From Leptolyngbyaceae cyanobacterium (GTDB lineage Bacteria > Cyanobacteriota > Cyanobacteriia > Phormidesmidales > Phormidesmidaceae), in contig JBHJHA010000054.1 in NCBI GenBank assembly GCA_050331235.1, positions 1 to 54,440 on the forward strand: a stretch of DNA of 54,440 bases. The letters are read 5' to 3'. Position numbers and translations under genes: made by a program. Shown piece by piece: positions 30,007 through 40,400 of the stretch (within the stretch, counting starts at the first letter, position 1; each line of letters begins with the position of its first letter). The notes beneath the pieces were generated by a model. That model was not told where the DNA came from. It did no database searches and saw only the letters and a list, made by a program, of their open reading frames with translations.

Positions 30007-30798
30007 CTAGAACTCAATATCAGCGACAAATACGGAAATATCAACGCTGACCGGGTCTTCATAATCGACTTGACCATCATTGTCGAAATCATAAACACTG
30101 GTGGCGAAAAAGCCGCAGCGGATATCCACAGTTTTATCTAAAGGCTGTAAAAACAAAATGCCCTGCTGCGAGCCACAAGCGAGGATGGCATCGGACAGTT
30201 CGGCGGCGTAGTCGCTTTCCAATTGGGCCAGGGCCGACTCGCAGGCCGCTTCCTCATAGCGACAGGCTAGGTCAGCGCCAAAGTCTGGGTCTTCGCGCGT
30301 GGGAACGGTGCCTAGCCACTCTCCCCGTCGACTGGTCTCGGCAGTGGCCGGCTCCCAGCAGTAATAGGAACGGACCTCGCCCGTTGGTGATTGGTCAGTC
30401 TGTGTAATCAATTCATTGGGCGCAGCACAGTCAGACTCGATGACGGCAACCAGCTCTGGATAGGCGACGCCGCCACTGGTCCCATCGCTCGCACCCGCGT
30501 CAACTTGGTTGGTGTCGATCACGTTGGACTCTGACGCGATCAACACTTGATCACGTGGCACCCAGCCCGACGTGCCGTTGGCCGTGGAAATTTGCGCCCA
30601 GTCGCCCTGCTGGTCCAAAATTTCGACTTGATCGCCTACAAACACGAGGTCGACCGTATCAAAGGTGCCACCTGGTCCCGCTTTAACCGTGAGCGTATCG
30701 GCAATGATCTCTGCTTCCATCGCTAAGGCGGCACTGTGGCTCATCAGATAACAAGCGATCATTAAGCCGCTTAATGAGGCTGCATGCAAAACTTTCAT
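30007..30798 (-). CDS. Secreted bacterial SH3 domain protein with Cys-containing C-terminal domain
   Basis: Signal peptide; LTVKAGPG...GDQVEILDQQGDWAQI...SGWV. Confidence 0.8.
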   Translation of the reverse strand: MKVLHAASLSGLMIACYLMSHSAALAMEAEIIADTLTVKAGPGGTFDTVDLVFVGDQVEILDQQGDWAQISTANGTSGWVPRDQVLIASESNVIDTNQVDAGASDGTSGGVAYPELVAVIESDCAAPNELITQTDQSPTGEVRSYYCWEPATAETSRRGEWLGTVPTREDPDFGADLACRYEEAACESALAQLESDYAAELSDAILACGSQQGILFLQPLDKTVDIRCGFFATSVYDFDNDGQVDYEDPVSVDISVFVADIEF

Positions 30799-30940
30799 GG
30801 TGATTCCTTCAATGGCTATTGGGAGCAGGGGGCTAGCATTTGACGAAAACTCCTCAAGCTGGTTCCAGACTATAGCAGAATGTGGAAACCGGAGGGTAGA
30901 TTTTGGCTCAGGCGCGAGGCTGCCAAGCCCGTGGCCAAGG

Positions 30941-33220
30941 CTAGTACTGGGTTGCCAACCACCCAGCGATCGCGGCGGTGACCCCGGAGCTCACAAGACT
31001 CAAAAACAGCCACCAGGCGGCGATCGCTACTTGTTGCCGGGCGACATCAGCTTGCCGTTGTAGATCTGCTTGCACCGCGATCGCCCTAGCCTGGACCGTT
31101 TCTTGGGCTGAGACGATGCGATTGACCACTTGCTGACGCACCGTGGCTAAGTTGTCAGTCCCCTGATCCAGGCGCGCTTGCAGTGCCTGCTGCCAGCTCC
31201 CGACCCAATCGCTAATGGTCTGTGTTACCCGCTGCCAGATTTGCTGGAGGGCGTCCACAATTTGTTCTACCTCTTGGGCGGTCAGATCTGGGCGCTGGCG
31301 GAGTGCCTGCTGAACAGCGGTCAGATCGAGTAGCTGCTGCAGGTCAGAGAAATTAGGTAACTGGGATAGATCCGGGAGTTGCTGGAGGGCACGCTGCCAA
31401 ATGTCGGTGAGGGCCTGGGTCATTGCCTCGGGCTGCAGAGCTGACTTACTGGCGAATTGCAAATATTGCGATAGGTCCTGAGTGATTTCTGCGGTCCAAG
31501 TCTGCATAGATTGGCCGACTTGAGTAACCGCCTGTTTAGACGATTGAAGGGCCTGCCCCATCGACTGCAAGGTGTCGATGAGCCCCGGTTGAGATGATGG
31601 GGACAGTGGGAGCGGCTCTAAAATGCTTGACCAGTCGAAATCGACTGGTAAATCCAGCGATCGCGCCTGGTTGATGATGGTGTTGGCAAGGTCATCGGGG
31701 GCAATGGTCGACCAGTCGATGGCGGCCAGCCGCTCAGCCAATTGTGTCGCGGCATCACTCAGCTGTGACCCTGCTGATTCTGCCTCATTTGCGGGCCGTG
31801 GCGATGGTGTCAGCTCAGTCTCCAAGACTTGAGCCAGAGCTTGCCGATGGTCGAGAGCCAGCCCTTTACGGCGGGACAAGACCTCCCCCAGAGCTGAGCG
31901 ATCGGTAACGTCGGGGGCGATCGCCGCCGTCTCCGGAATATCCGCTTCGTTGCGTAAGGTCTGGATCTTGGCGCTTAAGCTGTCTGCGGACAGGCTATCC
32001 AGATTGGTGTAGCGCAGATAGGCCAGCAGCCCCTCTTCCACTGCCTGCCAATGGGCCGTTGGTACTGGTGGTGCAGTTTCGGTTGTGGCTTGGTCTCCAG
32101 AAGTCGTGATCGTTGCCTGCGGTGCTGCTGATGTGGTGTGCAACGAACTGAGCTGAGCTGCAATGGTAGTAATTTGGTCCGTATCGAGATCGGTGCGCTG
32201 CTGCAGCCAAGTTACATATTGGTCGTGGTCAAGTTCAGATAGTTGCTGTTGGGCAGTCGCAGTATCGACCTCAGGGGCGCTAAGCACCTGCTCCACCTGG
32301 TGTTGAAGCTGGGATGGCTGCAAGCGCCAAGGGGGGTTGGTGGTGACGAAGGCTCGAACTTGCTGAGTCATGGATGGCGGCTCAACGGATGATTCGGCGG
32401 TTGGCGATTTGGGGTCAGGCGGCTGCCAGTCCTTCACAAGCTGCCAGAGGCTTTGGGCATCGAGGCTCGACAGGTCAAGCTGCTCTACAGACTTTTCTAA
32501 AAGGTCTTGCCAACTAGGTAGGTTGAGCTGTGACAGCAAGCTGCCCGAGGACGACATTGAGGTAGTCTGAGGTTGAGCTGCGACTTGTGGCTCGACCGCT
32601 TGGAGCATGTGGTCAATTTCGGTTGATGACAGGTCGGTGCGATCGCTGATTTCTTCGATCAGGGTTTGGCGCTGCTCAGCCAATAGCTGAGGGAGATACT
32701 GCTGTACCTCTTCTATGTCCCTAAGTTGAGCTTGGATGGCCTGTAAGGTGGCCGTCTCGTCAGCACCAGAGTCGTCGCGCCCTATGCTCGCTAGCTGCTG
32801 TAAAGCGGTGAGCAGCCGTCGTCCTCCGGTAATGGCAACGTCAAAGACTGAGCTGGTTAGATTGGCGATCGCGGTGGAGCTCAACCAGAGAAATACCAGC
32901 CAATACACCGCCCATAGCAAAATGCTGAAAATGACTCCCCGGCGAGGATCAAGCAGTTGGCCAAACTCAGTTGCTAGCAGAGCCGCAACGAACAGTACCA
33001 ATGACACTGTGAGGGTGACGCCTAAACCTACCAAGGGGGTCAAGGGCAGCGAAACCGGTGACGATTTTGGTTGTTCTGCGGGCTGTGGGCTGGATGGAGA
33101 CCAGTCGAGTAGTGTGAGCCCTAGGGCCAATCCTAAATTGGCCAGCAAGAGCTGGACCGCTGCTGCAATAATCAGACCGGATGCCAACGATACCAAAATG
33201 TCCATAAATAGGCTCAACAC
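30941..33220 (-). CDS. Large membrane-anchored alpha-helical hypothetical protein
   Basis: 759-aa ORF with three N-terminal TMs, a Gln/Leu-rich helical body and a C-terminal TM (AAWWLFLSL...AGWLA). Confidence 0.8.
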   Translation of the reverse strand: MLSLFMDILVSLASGLIIAAAVQLLLANLGLALGLTLLDWSPSSPQPAEQPKSSPVSLPLTPLVGLGVTLTVSLVLFVAALLATEFGQLLDPRRGVIFSILLWAVYWLVFLWLSSTAIANLTSSVFDVAITGGRRLLTALQQLASIGRDDSGADETATLQAIQAQLRDIEEVQQYLPQLLAEQRQTLIEEISDRTDLSSTEIDHMLQAVEPQVAAQPQTTSMSSSGSLLSQLNLPSWQDLLEKSVEQLDLSSLDAQSLWQLVKDWQPPDPKSPTAESSVEPPSMTQQVRAFVTTNPPWRLQPSQLQHQVEQVLSAPEVDTATAQQQLSELDHDQYVTWLQQRTDLDTDQITTIAAQLSSLHTTSAAPQATITTSGDQATTETAPPVPTAHWQAVEEGLLAYLRYTNLDSLSADSLSAKIQTLRNEADIPETAAIAPDVTDRSALGEVLSRRKGLALDHRQALAQVLETELTPSPRPANEAESAGSQLSDAATQLAERLAAIDWSTIAPDDLANTIINQARSLDLPVDFDWSSILEPLPLSPSSQPGLIDTLQSMGQALQSSKQAVTQVGQSMQTWTAEITQDLSQYLQFASKSALQPEAMTQALTDIWQRALQQLPDLSQLPNFSDLQQLLDLTAVQQALRQRPDLTAQEVEQIVDALQQIWQRVTQTISDWVGSWQQALQARLDQGTDNLATVRQQVVNRIVSAQETVQARAIAVQADLQRQADVARQQVAIAAWWLFLSLVSSGVTAAIAGWLATQY

Positions 33221-33410
33221 TCAGCCGTGACAGACTGCGGAGCGCTCACTTCGAGAACCTTAATCAATGGAGAAAGGATGAAAAAACTGAGCCAGATCGT
33301 TAGGTTGAGACGAGCTGGTAATCGGCTTTTGCGAATCTCGTGAAGGTCTTAAAGGGCGCTTGGTCATCCCTTTTAGTCTATCGAGACGACGGCGGATTGG
33401 TGTATCAGGG

Positions 33411-34187
33411 CTACATTCCCATGATGTTGTAGCCAGAGTCGACATAGAGAATCTGACCGGTAATCCCGCTTGAGAGGTCGCTACCCAAAAAAGCCGCAGC
33501 TTTGCCCACTTCTTCTTGGGTGACGGTGCGGCGCAGCGGCGCGATTTCCTCAACGTGGTGAATCATATCTAAAATGCCACCAACTGCAGAAGACGCCAGG
33601 GTGCGAATCGGACCCGCTGAAATTCCGTTGACTCGAATATTGTTGGCACCGAGCTCAGCTGCTAGATAGCGAACGTTCATCTCTAGGGCGGCTTTGGCGA
33701 TACCCATGACGTTATAGTTGGGAACAACCCGTACGCCGCCTAAGTACGTCAGGGTAATGATGCTACCGCCTTCGGTCATCAGTGCCTTAGCCCCATTCGC
33801 TAAATTCACTAAGGAATAGGCGCTGATATCCAGGGCCGTTTGAAAGCCAGAGCGTGAAGTCTCGCTAAAGCCGCCCGTCAGGTCATCACGGTTAGCAAAG
33901 GCCAGACAGTGAACCAGGATGTCCAGCTTTCCCCACTTTTCTTTGACTACGTCGAAGGTTTCGCCGACCTGTTGATCGTCTTGCACATTGCAAGGCAAGA
34001 ACAAAGATGGGTTCAGCGGCTCCACTAAATCTTTCACCTTCTTTTCCATTTTGCCTTTGGCATCGGGGAGGTAGGTAACGCCGAGGTCAGCCCCCGCGGC
34101 GTGGAGCTGCTGAGCAATCCCCCAGGCAATGGAGCGATTATTGGCAATGCCAGTAACGAGGGCAGTTTTTCCGGTGAGGTCTAACAT
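33411..34187 (-). CDS. fabI: Enoyl-ACP reductase FabI
   Basis: VTGIANNRSIAWGIA, YNVMGIAKAALE and AGPIRTLAS motifs. Confidence 0.97.
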   Translation of the reverse strand: MLDLTGKTALVTGIANNRSIAWGIAQQLHAAGADLGVTYLPDAKGKMEKKVKDLVEPLNPSLFLPCNVQDDQQVGETFDVVKEKWGKLDILVHCLAFANRDDLTGGFSETSRSGFQTALDISAYSLVNLANGAKALMTEGGSIITLTYLGGVRVVPNYNVMGIAKAALEMNVRYLAAELGANNIRVNGISAGPIRTLASSAVGGILDMIHHVEEIAPLRRTVTQEEVGKAAAFLGSDLSSGITGQILYVDSGYNIMGM

Positions 34188-34416
34188 AGTGATCTCGATA
34201 AGAGCCATTTAGGAGAATACTCAAAACTGGGGACGCCTGAATAGCCCCCACGGCGATCGCCTCGGTTGACCAAGACGGTAATGGTAATCGGCCTATTACC
34301 GAAAGCACCGGCCGGCAGCTTTGAACGTTAATGAAAAAGAATTGATATGAGCGAACGATGCTAGACAATATCGCCCTGAGCGCAAATTCATAAGCCGGCA
34401 GCTGGCTCAATCGCGT

Positions 34417-34662
34417 CTAAGGCTCTAAGTCAATGGCCGTATCATTGAGTGACCATCGATAGTCAACGGCTAAGTTGAGCCGCTGACAAGTCTGCTCGAG
34501 CTGCCGCTGCTGCGATAGCGCTTTTCGCAAGGTCACGATCAGCTCACTCACCTCACTTTTCAATCGAGGATGATCATAAGTGGCAAAGCAGGTTTGCTGT
34601 TCTAGTAGGCGCAACAACAGCTCATAATGCACGTGGGAAGGGAGAGGTATGGGCTCACTCAT
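34417..34662 (-). CDS. DUF5340-like small cyanobacterial protein
   Basis: PIPLPSHVHYELLL...TLRKALSQQ...DYRWSLN; downstream of trpC. Confidence 0.8.
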   Translation of the reverse strand: MSEPIPLPSHVHYELLLRLLEQQTCFATYDHPRLKSEVSELIVTLRKALSQQRQLEQTCQRLNLAVDYRWSLNDTAIDLEP

Positions 34663-34681
34663 GAATGAGAAGTTAGTGCCG

Positions 34682-35563
34682 TTAGGAGTAAAGCATGGCG
34701 ATCGCCTGTCCGAGGTCGTCCTGACGCATTAAGGACTCCCCGACTAAGATGCCCTGAGCACCGGCCTGTTGAACCTCAGCCACATCCGCTGGCTGATGAA
34801 TGCCTGATTCGCTGACGATAAAGAGCTGCTTGGTGGCCATGTCGGTGCGCCGCTGCGCTAGTAGTTGCGTGGTCGTGCTCAAGGTCGTCTCAAAGGTTTC
34901 GAGATTCCGGTTATTGATCCCCACGAGCTGAATGGCGTCAATGGCAAGAACGCGATCGAGCTCTGCTAACGTATGCACTTCTACCAGCGCGCGCATCCCC
35001 AGCGCTTGGGCAATGCGAGTGAAATATCGCAGGTCTTCATCACTGAGGATGGCTGCAATCAGTAGAACTGCATCGGCCCCTTTGACCCGCGCCATATACA
35101 TTTGATAGGGGTAAATGATGAACTCTTTGCAGAGGAGGGGCGTATCTACTGCCGCTCGCACTGCAGCTAAATAGTCAAAACTGCCCTGGAAAAAGGATTC
35201 ATCAGTCAGGACTGACAGGCAGGTCGCCCCAGCTGCCTCATACGCCTGGGCGATCGCCACCGGGTCAAAATCTTCGCGAATCACCCCCCGGCTAGGGGAG
35301 GCTTTTTTAACTTCGGCAATGAGGGCAGGAGTGCGATCGCTTTGCTGCAAAGCGGCCAGAAAGTCCCGCGTCGGGGGAGCACTTAGCACCTCCCGCTGCA
35401 AATCGGCTAGGGGCATTTGCTGACGCAGTCGGGCAACCTCCCGTTCCTTTTGCCAAACGATTTTCTCTAGAATGTTTCTCGGTTCTGCACCGGGGGCCTC
35501 AATTTTGTAAGTCAAACTTTGCACGGATACCTCGGGATAGGGCGGCCGACGACGAATTTGCAT
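34682..35563 (-). CDS. trpC: Indole-3-glycerol phosphate synthase
   Basis: [25 protein letters not shown] and VSESGI motifs. Confidence 0.97.
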   Translation of the reverse strand: MQIRRRPPYPEVSVQSLTYKIEAPGAEPRNILEKIVWQKEREVARLRQQMPLADLQREVLSAPPTRDFLAALQQSDRTPALIAEVKKASPSRGVIREDFDPVAIAQAYEAAGATCLSVLTDESFFQGSFDYLAAVRAAVDTPLLCKEFIIYPYQMYMARVKGADAVLLIAAILSDEDLRYFTRIAQALGMRALVEVHTLAELDRVLAIDAIQLVGINNRNLETFETTLSTTTQLLAQRRTDMATKQLFIVSESGIHQPADVAEVQQAGAQGILVGESLMRQDDLGQAIAMLYS

Positions 35564-35575
35564 AGTCTCCAGGCC

Positions 35576-37009
35576 TCAGGCGCTAACAACTGCACGTTTA
35601 AATGCTTCATCCAGCACTTCTGAGAGTGTTGGGTGAGTATGAACACAATAGGACAAAGCTGTGACGGTTTGCCCTTGGGCGATCGCATTCGCGGCCTCTT
35701 GGATCAGGTCAGAGGCATGTAGGCCAATAATGTGAGCCCCTAAAATTTCGCCCGTATCTTTGCGATAGATGACCTTGGCTAAGCCATCCGATTCGCCTTC
35801 TGCCAGGGCTTTAGAGTTGCCTTTGAAATAGGTTTTGACAGTTGCAATTTCAAAGCGGTGTTCATCAGCATAGTTTTTGGCCTGAGGCTCGGTCATGCCC
35901 ACAAAGCTCACCTCCGGATGGGTAAAAGCTGCAGCGGGAATGCTGCGGTAGTTGACCGTGCGCGACTCGCCGCAAATGTTGTCAACAGCGATGACCCCTT
36001 GAGCAGAGGCGGCGTGGGCCAACATCATTTTGCCGGTGGCATCTCCAATTGCCCACAAATGGGGAACCGGCTGGCCATCACGGACTACTCGCAGTTCGTC
36101 ATCAACGGTGATAAACCCTCGCCGGTCAGTCTCCACGCCGACCCGGGCTAACCCCAAATCTTTTGTTGCGGGAATTCGACCCGTTGCAACTAAGCAAGCG
36201 TCCACTTCGAGGACATCGACGATTTCCTTAGTTTCGCGATCAGCGAGCTCGATTACCACCGGGGAACCTGGGGTGACCTTCATCGCGAGGACGCCGGCTC
36301 GGGTCTCCACCGGACGGGGATTGATTAGGACGCGCTGGGCAATCTTGGCAATATCTGGATCAAAGGTCGGCATCACCTGGTCGAGGGCCTCGACAATGGT
36401 GACCTCTGAGCCGAGGGCCGTGTAGATGTCGCAAAATTCGAGCCCAATGTAGCCGCTACCGATAATGGCGACCCATTCAGGCAGCCACTCTAGCTTGAGC
36501 GCACCGTCACTGGTGAACACTGTCTTGTGATCGATTTCAATACCCGGCGGGACAAACGGGACCGACCCGGGGGACAGCATGATGTCTTTGGCTGTGATAG
36601 TTTGATCGCCGGCTGCAGTGGTGACCACAATTTTTTGTTCGCCAGCTAAACGTCCCCAGCCTTGAATGATATCAACGCCTAAGCGCTTGAGGCTGTTGGA
36701 CATGTCTCCCTGAATCTTGCTGACTAAATCTTCTGCATGGCCAGCGATCGCCGCGCGATCAAACGCGACATCGCCCACTTGAATGCCCAACGAATTCAGA
36801 TGGTGAGTATTTTGCAGTTCGCGGACGCGTCCCGATGCTGCGAGTAACGCCTTAGAGGGAATGCAGCCCCGATTTACACAGGTGCCGCCCATGTCTGCCG
36901 CTTCAATGATGGCCGTTTTCAGCCCGCGACGAACCGCATGGATGGCTGCCCCGTGGCCACCCACACCGGCACCAATAATTACTAAATCGTAGTCAAAGGC
37001 TTGACTCAC
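35576..37009 (-). CDS. lpdA: Dihydrolipoyl dehydrogenase
   Basis: [27 protein letters not shown] and HTHPTLSE motifs. Confidence 0.97.
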   Translation of the reverse strand: MSQAFDYDLVIIGAGVGGHGAAIHAVRRGLKTAIIEAADMGGTCVNRGCIPSKALLAASGRVRELQNTHHLNSLGIQVGDVAFDRAAIAGHAEDLVSKIQGDMSNSLKRLGVDIIQGWGRLAGEQKIVVTTAAGDQTITAKDIMLSPGSVPFVPPGIEIDHKTVFTSDGALKLEWLPEWVAIIGSGYIGLEFCDIYTALGSEVTIVEALDQVMPTFDPDIAKIAQRVLINPRPVETRAGVLAMKVTPGSPVVIELADRETKEIVDVLEVDACLVATGRIPATKDLGLARVGVETDRRGFITVDDELRVVRDGQPVPHLWAIGDATGKMMLAHAASAQGVIAVDNICGESRTVNYRSIPAAAFTHPEVSFVGMTEPQAKNYADEHRFEIATVKTYFKGNSKALAEGESDGLAKVIYRKDTGEILGAHIIGLHASDLIQEAANAIAQGQTVTALSYCVHTHPTLSEVLDEAFKRAVVSA

Positions 37010-37359
37010 AGCTTTCTCCTAGGCAACTAACTGCAGCGCATGCTCCTTAAGGTATCGTTTTGCCGACGCATGCGCTAGATGATGAATCCATAAAACGGAT
37101 TTTCTATTCTTGAGCAAATTTGGGACTTAAGACAAGCTGCCCAGCGGGGAACGTGACCGGCATGGGACCTATTGACTCAACGGAGTTAATCAAGGGGTGT
37201 TGTGTAGGCATAGGGATCTCTTAGGTTAGCCAATGTGGTTTCAGACAGGCAGACAATGCTCGTGGTGTCAGCTCTACCGATCAGTTGATACATTGACTAA
37301 GATCTTGAGCAAGCTTGTGTAGAACTTCTGTAAGGCTTGCTCCAAAGCCTTTATTCACT

Positions 37360-37620
37360 GTGAACCATCAGCCACAAGATAGCCGAAACCGTTCCGTGCG
37401 TAAGTTTGCCGATGCTCTGGATGAGCTCGAAACTGTCTTTAAACCAGAATCTTCTGGTAACGACGGCCCGACGGCAGAGGCCTCCTCAAAACCGGCTAAA
37501 ACAGCAACTGATTCCGACTCAGTAGCCTCCCCTGAAGCGGATCTGGGCCAACTGCTCGACGACGCTGTCCATGATATTGAGCAGTTCATGGCTGCGGATG
37601 AGTCCGCGGAGTCTGACTGA
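37360..37620 (+). CDS. Small acidic hypothetical protein
   Basis: FADALDELETVF...LLDDAVHDIEQF; fills the gap between lpdA and the RNA methyltransferase gene. Start uncertain. Confidence 0.6.
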   Translation: MNHQPQDSRNRSVRKFADALDELETVFKPESSGNDGPTAEASSKPAKTATDSDSVASPEADLGQLLDDAVHDIEQFMAADESAESD

Positions 37621-37643
37621 ACGGTCCCAGTCAATCTAAACGG

Positions 37644-38438
37644 TCACAATCGATGGATTTGCTGTCGCTGCCGTCGGGCTTCAAACAAGACAATGGCCGC
37701 TGCCACGCCAACATTTAGAGATTCCACATTGTCCGCCATGGGAATACAAATGGTTTGGTCAGCCAGCGCGATCGCCTCTGGGGATAGCCCCGCCCCTTCG
37801 TTTCCCATCATCAAGAGAGTGGGCTGGGTCAAATCAATTTCCCAATACGGCACAGCGCCAGCCGAGGCCGCCGCGAGTACCTGGCACCCCTGGGCGCGCC
37901 ACGTCGACAACTGAGCTGACAGTTCCTCTGTCACCACCTGTTTATCAACGCGAAACCATTGTCCAGCCGAGGCCCTGAGTACCTTGGGATGGGTAAGATC
38001 CACGCTGTGCAGCGTGACCCAAATACCATCTACGCCCACGGCTGCACCCGTGCGAATCAGGGTACCAACATTACCAGGGTCTTGGATGTCTTCTAGCAGC
38101 AAGCCGAGGTGAGGGAACGTAATCGCTGGCGGGTCGGATTGTCGGGAGGCGATCGCCACTACCCCATCCGGTGTCTGAGTCGTCGCGATCAGGCCAACTA
38201 CCTCAGGGCTCACGAGTTCATGCCGTTCCGTAGCGGACACTAACTGTTGCCAGAGGACCGGATAGCGGGCCTGCCACTCCGGCGTTGCACAGACCGCTAC
38301 GAGAGGATGCTGGGTTGCGATCGCCTCCTGAACGAGATGGGTGCCTTCTACTAAAAACTGCTGCTCTTGACGGCGATATTTTGCCTGTTGCAGCTTCCGT
38401 AGCGATTTCACCCAGGGATTTTTGAGGCTGGTTAGCAC
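37644..38438 (-). CDS. TrmH/SpoU family RNA methyltransferase
   Basis: IQDPGNVGTLIR, MGNEGAG and ESLNVGVA motifs. Confidence 0.95.
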   Translation of the reverse strand: MLTSLKNPWVKSLRKLQQAKYRRQEQQFLVEGTHLVQEAIATQHPLVAVCATPEWQARYPVLWQQLVSATERHELVSPEVVGLIATTQTPDGVVAIASRQSDPPAITFPHLGLLLEDIQDPGNVGTLIRTGAAVGVDGIWVTLHSVDLTHPKVLRASAGQWFRVDKQVVTEELSAQLSTWRAQGCQVLAAASAGAVPYWEIDLTQPTLLMMGNEGAGLSPEAIALADQTICIPMADNVESLNVGVAAAIVLFEARRQRQQIHRL

Positions 38439-38600
38439 GATGCCGACAACCCTTAATGCTTTGCTAACAACCTTAAACTAAGACCAGACAGCGTTGATGT
38501 TTTATCAACCTCACCCACCCCTATCAGACTATTTGAAGAGGCCGGCTCGGACCGAAACAGTGATTGGAACCATTTTTGACTTCGCGTCATCAATGGCTTA

Positions 38601-38684
38601 TGCGGAACCCGGGACTTGAACCCGGAAGTTCTTGCGAACACTAGAACCTGAATCTAGCGCGTCTACCAATTCCGCCAGTTCCGC
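38601..38684 (-). tRNA. trnL: tRNA-Leu (CAG)
   Basis: Minus strand GCGGAACTGGCGGAATTGGTAGACGCGCTAGATTCAGGTTCTAG...GGGTTCAAGTCCCGGGTTCCGCA; anticodon CAG, long variable arm, no encoded CCA. Confidence 0.97.
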
Positions 38685-38939
38685 AGACGGGACAGCCAAC
38701 TGTAATCCTGTTTACAGCCGCAGTCTTATACATTGCCTCAAGTTGAACCCTTTCGTCAACTCTTATGAGTAATTTGCAATAGGTCAGGGCCAAACCTTAG
38801 AAAGATTTTCTGGGTAATCCTTCCAAAAAGTTCTGAGAAGATGGTTGAATTGGGTAAAATCTAGACGAAAATTTACATCTGAGTTGTCTGACTCAGGTTT
38901 TGGAGGGTTAAACCCATCGTTACAGCCACTGGTATTAAG

Positions 38940-40265
38940 ATGCCTACTTCCCCTGAGGCAGACAATTCGGTTTTAGAAATCGAGGGCCGACATCCGCTGT
39001 CAGGTCATGTCTCCATTAGCGGGGCTAAAAATTCAGCGCTCGTGGTGATGGCCGGCGTGCTTCTGTGTTCTCAAGCCTGTCGTCTGCGCAATATTCCCAA
39101 TTTGGTGGATGTCGAACGCATGGCCGCGGTTTTGACGGCACTAGGTGTCAAAATTCAGCGTGAAGGCGACTTCCTGGAGCTAGATCCCAGCGATATTAGC
39201 CATACCCGCGCTCCCTACGACATTGTTAGTAAGCTGCGCGCTAGCTTTTTTGTCATTGGGCCGCTCCTTGCTCGTATGGGAGTGGCGCGGATTCCGCTGC
39301 CGGGGGGCTGTGCGATCGGTGCTCGTCCAGTTGAGCTCCATGTCCGCGGCCTCCGGGCCATGGGTGCCGATGTCCAAATTGAACATGGCACTGTCCATGC
39401 CTGTATTCCAGGCATTCGCAAGCGACTGCAGGGAGCCAAAATTTACTTGGACTATCCCAGTGTTGGCGCAACCGAAACGTTGATGATGGCGGCTACCTTG
39501 GCAGAGGGAGAAACCGTCATTGATAACGCTGCCCAAGAGCCCGAAGTCGCGGATTTAGCCAACTTTTGTCGAGCAATGGGGGCTCGCATTCGTGGGGTAG
39601 GCACTAAGACGCTTACGATTCTTGGGGTCCCCAGTTTGCACAGCACCGACTATGCCATCATTCCTGATCGGATTGAAGCCGGAACTTTTCTAATTGCGGG
39701 TGCGATCACGAAATCAGAAATTACGCTGTCGCCCATCGTTCCCGAGCATCTTAGTGCGGTGATTGCCAAGCTTGAAGAAACCGGTTCTAAGGTGGTGGTC
39801 GAATCGCATAATCGAGTCAGAATTGTGCCCGGTGCCGAAATTCTGCCAACTAACATTCAAACCTTGCCATATCCGGGGTTTCCTACGGACATGCAAGCCC
39901 AGTTTATGGCGCTGATGACGCTCAGCACGGGCAATAGCCTGATTACGGAAACGGTTTTTGAAAATCGCCTACGCCATGTGGCTGAATTCAACCGTATGGG
40001 AGCCAATATTCGAGTTACAAACAATTGTGCAGTGATTCAGGGGGTCCCTATGCTCTCGGGAGCGCCGGTGATGGCGACCGACCTTAGGGCCTCGGCAGCC
40101 CTCGTGCTGGCAGGCTTGGGGGCCCAAGGTAAGACGGTGATGAGTGGATTGCAGCATCTAGACCGAGGCTACGAGCAGCTTGAAACTAAGCTCACCAGCT
40201 TAGGTGCCCAGATTACTCGGGTTCAGAGCACTGAAGCTCCAGTGAGTACCACTTCTCTTGCATAA
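38940..40265 (+). CDS. murA: UDP-N-acetylglucosamine 1-carboxyvinyltransferase
   Basis: [27 protein letters not shown] and LDRGYE motifs. The real start may be ATC 38916 (see findings). Confidence 0.97.
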   Translation: MPTSPEADNSVLEIEGRHPLSGHVSISGAKNSALVVMAGVLLCSQACRLRNIPNLVDVERMAAVLTALGVKIQREGDFLELDPSDISHTRAPYDIVSKLRASFFVIGPLLARMGVARIPLPGGCAIGARPVELHVRGLRAMGADVQIEHGTVHACIPGIRKRLQGAKIYLDYPSVGATETLMMAATLAEGETVIDNAAQEPEVADLANFCRAMGARIRGVGTKTLTILGVPSLHSTDYAIIPDRIEAGTFLIAGAITKSEITLSPIVPEHLSAVIAKLEETGSKVVVESHNRVRIVPGAEILPTNIQTLPYPGFPTDMQAQFMALMTLSTGNSLITETVFENRLRHVAEFNRMGANIRVTNNCAVIQGVPMLSGAPVMATDLRASAALVLAGLGAQGKTVMSGLQHLDRGYEQLETKLTSLGAQITRVQSTEAPVSTTSLA

Positions 40266-40400
40266 GGCTGCACTGCGCATACAGCTTTTGTCTTAAAGTC
40301 ATCAGCCTCGCTATCGACATAAACGGGATGGCGAGGCTGCAATTTTATGCTCGGTGTTCCCATCGCTGGGCAGTTCAGGAATAAGTCTGGCAGCCGAAGG

